DNA of 35,342 nucleotides. Origin: Craspedostauros australis. Its lineage: Eukaryota. Below are positions 1-10,200 of the stretch, in pieces. Within the stretch, counting starts at the first letter, position 1. Every line of letters starts with the position of its first letter. The translations under genes and the position numbers were made by a program. Under the pieces are notes generated by a model. It did not search any database. It was not told the origin of the DNA and was given only the letters and a program-made list of their open reading frames with translations. The stretch covers positions 1-35,342 of the forward strand of contig JALAGF010000713.1 of NCBI GenBank assembly GCA_030167865.1, in the 5' to 3' direction.

Positions 1-134
1 CTTCCCCTTTTGACCTGCCAAAGTCCGACACTGGAAGGCAAAGCCGGACACAACCGGACTTCATTTGCCCTCTATTCTCGCTGTTCGCATTTTCGCCGTC
101 CCACAACGCATCATGCATCTCACTTGGTGTCACA

Positions 135-870
135 GATGAGAACACCTTGTCGCCATCTGCTCCGAGCGCTGTGTCTGAAAGACGAAAACGTTCCGTCCAA
201 AAGACAAAGAGATCGCTGCTGGGCGGGCAGAAAGGTCATGATGGCGGGCCAATCTAACGCAAGGAGGCAGCAGACACGAAACTCATCTTGCATCGATGGC
301 ATCATCCGCCTGTGCACAAAGCGACGATCATGTCCCGTTGGGACTTTGTGATAACTCCCAAAGCGTCATGCGCTCGATCCGGCGAGAATCATCGAAATGC
401 CCAAACCAAACATTGGGGCCAGTAGGAGAAAATGGACGGCGCCAAAGCGCAGTGTAGTGTAGTTCGTGTGAGTCCGAGTGCCCCCAACCGACGCATTGGT
501 GTTGTTCCAATCATTGACAATTTGTGGCCTCATTTTTAGCGCTGGCGTTGGTTGCGGCCATCTCGGGCGCCCCCAGAGCTCGGATGACGACGACCCAAAG
601 AAAGGGGCGAGCAGATTAAACCTTGGTCATGCCAAACATCTTCTCTCTTCTCTACTCGTAGATTGTCGAACATCGTCCTCTCTTGCGATGTGGAGCGAGG
701 TTGATGCCGAGCGTTGGTCGTCGTTGCGGCGACACAGCGCGCCTGAAAGGAATCGTGATTTCACACCAACGGTCACGATCGCCAGTTCAGAAACGACGGT
801 CATCTCAAACGGCACCTCCAACTCGGACTCTCTTCACATATCCGTTGGTACCACAATGGAGATGTCATAG
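135..870 (+). CDS. Possible 3' exons of a plus-strand gene entering from the left edge; product unknown
   Basis: Acceptor-like GTCACAG near 135 after an AG-free tract, and TTTTTAG at 533-539. Ser/Thr-rich protein-like frames follow (DENTLSPSAPSAVSERRKRS; RPQSSDDDDPKKG...TTMEMS*). The exon junctions could not be resolved. Confidence 0.3.
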
Positions 871-1140
871 ATGTTATCACTCGAAGACTAGACAAACTCG
901 TCATGCGGAGCATCCAACTGCGTCGCTCCCCAGCAAGTCGTCCACATGGTTCCATGCCAATATCAATACAGACACCCTTTTTGTGCCGGCATCACTCCAG
1001 CTGAGTAGATCCATGAATGTAATGACAGAGTGGTGCAATAGAACCTTAGTAGTATGGCCACTGTGAATCCCGCTTACTAGTGCTCGTATACTATGAAGCA
1101 ATGTGAACTCTCCTCTTTCGTATGCTGGCGTCGCTGCTGT

Positions 1141-2868
1141 TTATTCGACGCTGGTCTCATTCAAAAGGGGCTCCGACAAGGATTCGGGATTGGTGACATC
1201 CAAAACGCCATCACCGTCGTCGTTGTCGTCGTTATTGACAGCAACAGCATCGGTATCCTCATGATCCCGGCTGCCCTCCTTGCGGGGCACGAGCGGCAGG
1301 AGGGTGGAGAAGATGAGGATGCCCGTGGATTGCACGATCGCTGTGATGAGGAAGGTGTAGGTGTAGTCGTACTTGTCCGACAACCAGCCACCGAAGGCGG
1401 CGCTGCCGCACCATCCGAAGACGGCGATGGAATCAAGGGACTTCCAGCGCGCGCGTTCCGCCTTGGGGACGAAGTCCATGAGGATGCTCTCCTCCAGCGG
1501 GTAGGATCCGTTCATGAGGCTGGTGCGCACGACGTAGACGGGAACAAGGATGAAGGGATGGGCGTCGAGGTAGGACTTGAAGAGGACCATGGAGTAGAGG
1601 CAGGAGACGCCTGCCGTGCTGAAGATGAGCTTGGATTGCACGCGGCCGATGCACTTGGCCACGGCGGAGCAGGCGTTGGATGCTAGGATCATGACGACGG
1701 GGACGCAGACGTAGATGATCTGCACCTGCGATGGCGTCATGCCGACCTCGTCCTTGAAGAAGAGCGGGAAGAACTTGACGGTCATGCCGGATCCCATCGC
1801 CGTGATGAAGGACTGGATGAAGATGATGTACGGGATCCACGCCTGGTGCTTTCGCAGCGCCGCGGTGGCCTCTGACACGGGCGCCTCGGCGGTGGTCGCG
1901 TTCTCGGCGTCGCAAGGTTGGTCGGCGGTGATGGATTCCTCCGCACCGGCGACCGCCTCCTGCGTTTCCTCAGAGTTGGCATTGCTGGCGCCGTTGCTGT
2001 CGCTGCTGGTGAGGGTGCTTGCCGGCGCGTCGACCTCCTCGAGTGACTTCTTGTCATCAAACAGCAGCATGATGGGGACGTTGCAAAGGCCGATGCCCAA
2101 ACCGACGTACAGGATCATGCGCAGGTGGTACATGTCCCACGTGTCGCCCAGCGTCTGGAAGAGGACGATGGACACGATGGGTCCGATGGAGGACGCGCCG
2201 ATGTAGCAGGCAAAGAGGTAAGTGTAGTAGGTGGAGCGTTCGCCTTCGGCGGTGGAATCTGCGTAGAGCGCCTGCGCAGGGCCGTTGAGGACACCGTCGC
2301 AAACACCCCAGAAGGCCATGACGAGGCCGTAGATCCACAGCGCCTTCTCGCGGTCCGCGGACGTGGCGGTGGACATGCCCAGGAAGTCATTCTCTTCGTC
2401 TTCGAACTCATCCGTTCCGATCCACGTGAGGAGGACGATCTGGATGATGGACGTGAAGAACATGAGCCAGCCCCCGAAGGCGATGATGCGGGAGCGTTCG
2501 AACTTGTCGGCTAGATAGCCGACGGGCAGGGCGGCGAGGAGGGAGGAGAGACCGGAGACGGCCTCGATGTTGCCCAGCGGGCTGTTCCGATCATGGCCGA
2601 GCTTCTTGAGGTAGGCGGCATTGGCGGTGCCGTTCCAGAGACTCGCGGAGACGCCGTAGAAGACGCAGCTCAGCAGGTTCAGCAGCACGTTGTGGTTGAC
2701 GGCCTTGGAGCGGCCGCAGCACAGCCAGGACGGGAACGTCACGTTCTTGTTGATGGTGGCTGCTGTGGCAGCTGTGGATTCTGCCGGTGACTGATCTGTG
2801 CTGCGGGCGTCATCGTCGGAGGCAAGCAATGGCTCCGCCAACGTGTTCGCCTCTTGGTTTGGCGCCAT
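1141..2868 (-). CDS. Major facilitator superfamily (MFS) transporter, 575 aa, intronless
   Basis: About 12 hydrophobic segments in two halves separated by an acidic loop. MFS motif-A-like GYLADKFERSRII and a second copy GGWLSDKYDY, plus YADSTAEGERS and MDFVPKAERARW loop motifs. Strong C/G third-position codon bias. Confidence 0.9.
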   Translation of the reverse strand: MAPNQEANTLAEPLLASDDDARSTDQSPAESTAATAATINKNVTFPSWLCCGRSKAVNHNVLLNLLSCVFYGVSASLWNGTANAAYLKKLGHDRNSPLGNIEAVSGLSSLLAALPVGYLADKFERSRIIAFGGWLMFFTSIIQIVLLTWIGTDEFEDEENDFLGMSTATSADREKALWIYGLVMAFWGVCDGVLNGPAQALYADSTAEGERSTYYTYLFACYIGASSIGPIVSIVLFQTLGDTWDMYHLRMILYVGLGIGLCNVPIMLLFDDKKSLEEVDAPASTLTSSDSNGASNANSEETQEAVAGAEESITADQPCDAENATTAEAPVSEATAALRKHQAWIPYIIFIQSFITAMGSGMTVKFFPLFFKDEVGMTPSQVQIIYVCVPVVMILASNACSAVAKCIGRVQSKLIFSTAGVSCLYSMVLFKSYLDAHPFILVPVYVVRTSLMNGSYPLEESILMDFVPKAERARWKSLDSIAVFGWCGSAAFGGWLSDKYDYTYTFLITAIVQSTGILIFSTLLPLVPRKEGSRDHEDTDAVAVNNDDNDDGDGVLDVTNPESLSEPLLNETSVE

Positions 2869-3713
2869 CTTGCTAGTTTGCTCGATGCTGCCGATGTGCT
2901 GCTGCTATTCCGCAGAGTCTATTACTCCACTGTTTGTATGATCTTCGGGATGGTGCTGGGATGTTGGGCAACAACTGGAGAGCAATGCTTTGTGAGCAAA
3001 CGGATGGATGGCCTGGATGGACGGCCGAGCAACAAATACAAAACAGAATTTGGGGAGGCCCAAACGATTCGTGCGGAATCGGCGCGAGTTGTGGTTGGAA
3101 CGAAGTGTTGCGTTCCACACCAACACAACCAGAGAGAGAAAGGAGATCCGCGATCGTTTTGTGCCTTCTTGGTTGGTTGTCGTGGGAAACACAGCAGTGA
3201 ACAAGGGAGAAGTGAAGTGACGAAACAGCCTGTCGTGAACGTGTGTTGTGGTCATTGTTGGTATGACGCGTGTCGTTGCGAGATCGATTCGTTGGATTCA
3301 ATTCTGGAGACTGTTTTCATCGGAGACGTTGGTTGGGCGAAAGATACCAGTCGTGGACAGCAGCCTCATCCGTCTCTTCCTTCGTGTTCTTCCCTTCTCT
3401 TCTGTTCGGAAAGTAGGTAAGACAAGTCGCCACAATCGCCCCACAACGAGGATGATGAATCTTTCATACAATATTCTACTCTATGAGCGCGCACAATCTA
3501 CACTGCCGTATGGCTACTCCACACTCAATGTCCCCAGTTTATGCAATTGCGCGAGGCTAGTTGAGTTTAATATGTTACACATTAAGAGTATGAGTACACT
3601 CCCTTCTGCTGCTGCCGTGGCTGCTTGCTCGACTGCAATCTTGTTTTTTTTGCGTTGTGCTTTGCTGAGTCCATTCATTCGTTGTTGGCTGAATCAATCA
3701 ATTGATTGCATGC

Positions 3714-6501
3714 TTATTTGTTCTTTCCTCCCTTTCTCTTGCCGAGCATGTCTGGGTTCTTGGCCATGCGGAAAAGGCTTGGTGTCACCTCCAGGATTTC
3801 GTCGGCGTTGAGGTACTCGACGCAAGAATCGAGGGACATGTCGACTGGTGCGATGACACCTGTCTTCACTTCCTTGGTGGCGGAACGCATGTTGTTCAAG
3901 GCCTTGGTCTTGCACACGTTCACCTCGAGGTCGGCTGGGCGCTGATGGATTCCGACGCTGCAGAGTTGTAAGAGCGTTGTGTATTGGAATGATGATGTTG
4001 TGGCGTTGAGAACGAAAGAAGACGGTGCCAAAAAGCAAGGTTTGTGTGTGAGTGAGTGGATGTTCATCTCTGGTGCCATGATACAGCGATCCAGTCAGAG
4101 GTATTCGGACGGTTGGCATCAGGGAAAGGCAGGAAGAGCGCTGGCAACAATCACATGCAATTCACGCCACAAACACGCGCGCACACGCACGAGCGCTGTC
4201 TCTCTCTCTCTCATCCTCCTGTGCCATCAGATCTCGACTTACATCATGTTCTTGTAGACGTCGTCTCCGACCTTGACGAACATTTTACCGCGGTCCTGGG
4301 CACCCTCGATACCGAAGGTGGTGGCACCACCGTCAGCGAAGGCCAGGAGCGATCCCTTATCGCGGCCCTGGATCTCACCCTTGATGCGTGGGCGGTACGA
4401 ATCGAACACGCTGTCGATAATGGCGGTACCGCGAGTGGAGGACAGAAGCGAAGACTTCAGTCCGAGCATACCGCGGGTTGGGACGAGGTACTTGACGACG
4501 GTGAGGCCCTCGCCTTCCTCGAGTCCCATATCCTGCAGCTCACCCTTGCGCAAGTTAAGGGTCTCGATGACGGCGCCGGAGTACTCCTCTGGCACGCGGA
4601 CCTCGACGGCCTCCCATGGCTCCTCTTCCTTTCCGGTCTCCTCGTTGACCTTGTAGATAACAGTTGGTGGTCCGATCTCGAGCTCGAATCCCTCACGGCG
4701 CATGGTCTCGATGAGCACGGTCAGGTGCAGCTGTCCACGTCCAGACACTTCGTAACGGTCGGCGGAGTCGGTCTCCTCGACCTGGAGGGCGACGTTGCGG
4801 TCGAGCTCCTTGAAGAGACGGTCACGGATCATACGGCTGGTGAGGAACTTTCCTTCGCGTCCGGCAAGTGGGGACTTGTTGACGCCGATGGTCATGCGGA
4901 CGGTTGGTTGTTCGACGGCGATTGGTGTGAGTGGCTCGGCGGCGTTGACACCGTTCTGCTCGTTGGTCACGAGGGTGTCACCAATCTCGACGTTGTCCAT
5001 GCCGCTGAACATAATAATCTCTCCGGCGGATGCCTGCTCCACCTGGCGCTTTCCGAGGTTGTCAAAGACGAAGAGGTCTCCGAGGCGACCAGTCTTCTTG
5101 TCAACATCTGGGCGGGTGAGGGCGATGGACTGTCCGGCCTTGATGGAGCCGTTGGTAATGCGGGCGATACCCATCTTTCCCTTGAAATTGTCGTAGTCAA
5201 TGTTACTGATGAGGGCCTGGAGACCGTCGGCCTCCGAGTTGGTCACGGTTGGGGCGTCGATGGACTCGACGATGGCATCGAACAGAGGTCCCATGTCGTC
5301 GGCAAGCGCATCTGGCTCGTCTCCGGCAATTCCCTGCAATCCACTGGCGTAGACGACGCGGAAGTCGGTCTGCGTGTCGGTGGCACCGAGCTCGACGAAA
5401 AGGTCAAAGACCATGTCGACGGCGTATTCGGGGCGGGCGGCTGGACGGTCGATCTTGTTGACGACGACGACTGCCTTCAATCCCTTCTTCAAGGCTTTGT
5501 CGAGCACGAAGCGAGTCTGTGGCTTTGGTCCCTCGACGGAGTCGACCAGAAGCAGCACACCCTCGCACATACCGAGCACACGTTCGACTTCACCACCGAA
5601 GTCAGCGTGACCCTGTTGTTGTTGATGTTGTCAATGATGTTGATGAAGGTTAGTTTGGTTGGGAGTGTTGCAAGAGCGAGCATCGTGGCAGTTGCAGAAT
5701 GGAGAAACCGAACATAGCAGATTTTGCGAAAAGAAGCAAATGGAAATGAAGAAAGAAATAGAGGGAGCGTTGAGTCGGTTGTTCATGGGATCGCGTCTTC
5801 TTTCACAGGCAACGTTCATAGCATTAGCCGATTGGTTGCAACTTACTGGTGTGTCCATGATGTTGATCTTGACATCATCACGCTGGATGGCGAGATTCTT
5901 GGAGAGAATGGTGATACCACGTTCCTTCTCCTGGTCCTCGCTGTCCATGACACGCTCACCGGCACCATCGGCCTGGGCAGCATCACGGAACACTCCAGAT
6001 TGTCTGCACGTCGTTGATTGCGGCCATCGTAGTTGTAATTTGTTTGAGTTGTTTGGTTGTGTAATGTTATAGAATATGATCGAAGAGGAGAACGAATTGA
6101 AAGTGAGAAATGTGCGTCGTCACCGGAGGCTGAATGGAAGATATCGAAGATTCTTTCACGGTCGACGGGACCAGCAGCGATGGCCGAGATCGAAACAAGC
6201 ACAAAAGAATTTCATGAACCAATTTGATTCCATCTGTGCATTTGCATGCATACCGTACATACCTGATCAGGGCATCGACCAAGGTGGTCTTTCCGTGATC
6301 GACGTGAGCAATCACGGCAATATTTCTGATCTTGTTGGCTGAGACTTCAGTTGCTTCTGGCGCTTCGGCGACGGCCGACATGCACAGCCGCGACTTCTGC
6401 AGGCCGAATGTTGGGCACGCATGACGGCTGTTGTGGTTGACGAATCCTGAGGCCAGGACACCGAGGGAGAGGGCGGAAAGGATTCGGAGTTGGAACATCA
6501 T
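3714..6501 (-). CDS. typA: Plastid-targeted translational GTPase TypA/BipA, ~669 aa; exons 6263-6501, 5847-6003, 4243-5612, 3714-3957
   Basis: Motifs: G1 [19 protein letters not shown]3 [14 protein letters not shown] across intron 2, G4 [19 protein letters not shown] and the C-terminal [17 protein letters not shown]...DEILEVTP. Three GT-AG introns (6004-6262, 5613-5846, 3958-4242; donors GTATGT, GTAAGT, GTAAGT; CAG acceptors) join into a 2010-nt frame. The N-terminus has a signal peptide ending ASG|F followed by a transit peptide. Confidence 0.95.
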
Positions 6502-7249
6502 GGTGGCGATGCTGTTGTTGTGTGATGTTGCGCTTGTTGGTCTGGGCGTTTTTCTACACTCAGGTCAGACAAGAAGCAAGAAAAGTTGTGACAGGATCGA
6601 GAACAATTGATCGGTCGTCGAATTGGGTTCGGAATGCACGCCGTGAGAAGGGGAGGAATTCGATGTGTTGGTTTTCTTTGTCGGGGGCGGTGATGTGCTG
6701 GTGCGTGGAGCGATGTGCGCCAATCAAAGAAGACATCCACACACACGCAGACATGAGTGGATACCAACCGAGCACCATCTACGACTACGCCTGCAACTCC
6801 GCACACACTCGTACTCGCACGAGCACATACGTGTGAACACAGAGTTGCACGCACATGTGGTGTTCTTTGATGGCATCTGACCACAGAACAAAAAGAAGAA
6901 ACCAAGCCAAAATCGAAAACAAGCAAAAACGAAAGGAGCTTTCGTTGGTTGGCCATCAGCCAAAGGATGATGCGCACATCATCCATCACGCAAGATTCGT
7001 GCTCCACGTTCACACGTCTGACGCACCGCGCTCCACAATGCAGAGATCTGATTGGCCCACAATGTCAAGTACGTTTCCACCGTTATCACCAAGGTCGAGA
7101 ACAAGACCCGACTCCGTTGACTCGAACGGCAACATCTTCTTCACGTTCGAGAACATGCACGACTGGGAAGAACAACATTCTTTTGGAACTACAATTAACC
7201 ACGATTCGGAATGTGGGGACGAGCTGCCCCATCCACGGCGCTCCGGCTT

Positions 7250-10200
7250 TCAGTCTTTACCCTCGTCCTGTCTTGATGCGGCTGGCGAAGTCATGCTTTT
7301 CGTTGGTAGCTTCCCCTTTCCTCCACCATTTCTGGAGCGGTCCAGGATCGATGATGCGGCACCACGGGCCATGGTCGAGGAGGAGGAAGAAGATGATGAC
7401 GAGGCCGCCGACGTCACAGCGGACGTTTTTGCGGTCGATAACCCCGATACGAAAGGGGCTGTTCTTGGCGGTGTCTTGGGGCTTGGTGTGCGCTTTTTGG
7501 AGATGGTCGAAAGCACCGACCGGGCTGCATCTCTGGCCAAGGTCGAGCCTCCGGTCTTCTTGGTGCCGTTGCTGCGACTGCGACTGCTGTGGCGATGAAC
7601 ATGAGTGGTCTTGCTGTTGATGTTGATGCTCGTTGTCGTACCTGTCGATGTAGACGATGATGATGACGACGACTTGCGGGGGCGTCTCTTCCTCCTCCTT
7701 GCCCCGGCCTTGCGCTTTCGTGACTTGCGTCTACGTTGACGAGAGCTCTGTCTCATCGTATCATGGAATTCATCCTCGTCACTGTCGAACAAGCTGCCCA
7801 ACGTAGGAACATCATCATCCCATTCATCCCCATCGAAGTTACCCATGCCGTCGTCGGTATCATCGACGTCGTCGTCGTCGCCTTCTTCATCATCTTCGTA
7901 ATCGTCATCGATCTCCTCGTCAGCGTCGAAATCATCTTCGTCAAACCAATCTCCGTACCCGTACTTGGTCGCGAGATCGAACAAACCGCGCGCGTCGGCC
8001 GCTTCGTTGGGAGGGAGTGCATCTCCGGGATATGCACCCAGAAGGCTGCGACCCACCACCGAGTTGGCACCAGTCGCTCGAATGCGACCGATCATGCCAC
8101 TCTCTCGGTCGCTTCTGCGAGGTCCAGTGCCCGTGAGCTTGCGCTTCTTGCGTCTTTTCTGGCGCTTCTTCTTGCTTTCACCGAAGCTGAAGTCGATCCC
8201 AACGGTCACGCCTGGACCATCTGATCCCATGGAAAGCGACACGGACGTGTCAACATCGGGAGTGGCGAAGCTAGACGCGGTCGGGCGGTCATGATAGTCA
8301 TCGCTTCCATCTCTGTAGGTTGGCGTGGACAACGTCTCCACGACCCATTCGTCGTCGCTTTCATCCTGACCGACGGGGTCTGCCGAATTGGAGTTGATCA
8401 GCTCGTTCATCAAGCCATCGGGTACCCTCTTCTGCTTCTTGCTTGTCGAGCCGGATGACCGAGAATCCACCATCGAGGCCGATGTGGATGCCGGCCGGAA
8501 CCGCCCGATCTGATGACGCTTCATGAAGCTGTCGCTGACGTAGTGGTACTTGAACTGCGCGACATCCCCGATCTGCCGGAGCTGCTCGAGCGCGGATTGG
8601 TCAGCCTTGCGAATCTCGGACTTCTTTTGCTTTCCACCGCGGACGGCGTTGCCGTCTGTTGACACGAACCCGGTGGTTTGCGAACTATCCTCGACGATGT
8701 CATCCTCGTACACAGGCGGCCGGCCTCCAGTCACCGTGTGTTTCGTCCATCCCGCGATGGCGGACAGCGTCGGCAGATAGGTATTGAACCAGCTCACGCC
8801 GAGCACGCATTGCATGAGGACGACGTGCCCGACCTGACCCTGCCCAAGAAGGAATCTGTACAGCGCATTCGGTCTCACGCGACGTGCTGGTGCTGATAGT
8901 TGCGAGGACGATCTTGGGCGTGCTTGTGGAATAGTAGATCTTGCTGCGTTTCCGTTGCTGTTGGGTGGCAGTGACTCTTTTGAGTCCGGTGGTGCAGAGT
9001 CGTCTGGTAGAGTCGATGTAGCAGAGATGATGGTGACATCAACATCCCGATTATGAACAGTTTCGGAGTAGTTTGTTCGTTCGTTTGTGAGTGCGAATGA
9101 TACATGCGTTTATACGAGTACGTGCGAGACAAAGGGTTGATCCATCGTGACATTGCGACACCACGACATCACCAGAGTCAAGAAGAACAGCCTATGCAAC
9201 CACTCTACCTGGCAGACGTAGCAGCACACATGCTCGTACCTTCCTCTTCTCCTTCCTCAGCAGCATCTGCTCCCATCGCTTCAACCTCATCATCGCCTTC
9301 ATTTTCACCTGCGGTTTCTTCCACCTCGTCCTCGTCCCCATCCTCTTCTCCACTCGAGATGGCCATCTGTCCACCTCCTCGTGCGGTTAGTCCGACGGAA
9401 ACGGTGACTGATGTGTTCTTCGATGCTCTGCGCAGGAGGTCCCACAGCTGCCCGGGTACTGCGACGATGGGGCTGAGATACGCCTTGGTCCATTCATGAC
9501 ACACGACCATCGTCATTACCCACTGTTCCTGATTTCGGGCGAGCAGAATCCGGTACAGCACGTTTGGTTGGTACGGTTGGTGGAGCATTTCGTTCAGTTT
9601 TGCCTTGCCCGCATTTGATGCCAACTCTGAGGAAGGCGGCATGTCGGACTCGTCGTCAAGATCTTTGATGACTGCGGTTGCATCACCGAAATCCTCATCG
9701 ACCTCGTCGATGTCTGCTTCATTGGTCTCTTCCATGCCATCATACTCATCCTCATTGTCGTACACCTCCTCGTCCTCCTCGAAAGAGGCCACGGGTGCAC
9801 CTTGCACAGCCTCGGCGATGCCGCTGCTAGTCTCGCTACCGACAGCGTTGTCTTCCTCAGACTCTGCGTTGTATGCATCGTCGTACTCATCAATAGCAAC
9901 AATCGTAGAGATGTGCCCAGTGTCAGCCACATCGCCGACCTCAGGTGTGCTCTCAACCACTTCTCCGTCACCACCATCTTCTTCTTCCTCGCTGTCGATG
10001 GCGTCGTAAAATTCTTCCTCGGAAACGTCTTCCAACGCGTCCTCGAAGAGTTGGTCTTCGGCTACCTCAAACTCCTGCGCAGATTGGATGTCCTCGTGTG
10101 AAATATCTTGATCGACCGCATCCTCGAAAACTTCTTCCTCTTCTTCTTGCTCCTCGATGGCTTCAACTGGTGCGAATTCCACGGCATCATCTTCTCGCAA

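Noticed and set aside
4056-5717. 553-aa plus-strand ORF
   Set aside because: Antisense shadow of typA exon 3, explained by codon bias; no recognisable domain.
3714-6501. typA as bacterial contamination or recent horizontal transfer
   Set aside because: Three spliceosomal introns and a bipartite plastid presequence; nuclear-encoded plastid TypA is expected in algae.
7250-8878. 542-aa ORF as a separate gene starting at GTG 8878
   Set aside because: The frame is open upstream to 9109 with no ATG, and a good in-frame intron (9004-9239) links it to the 1476-aa ORF.
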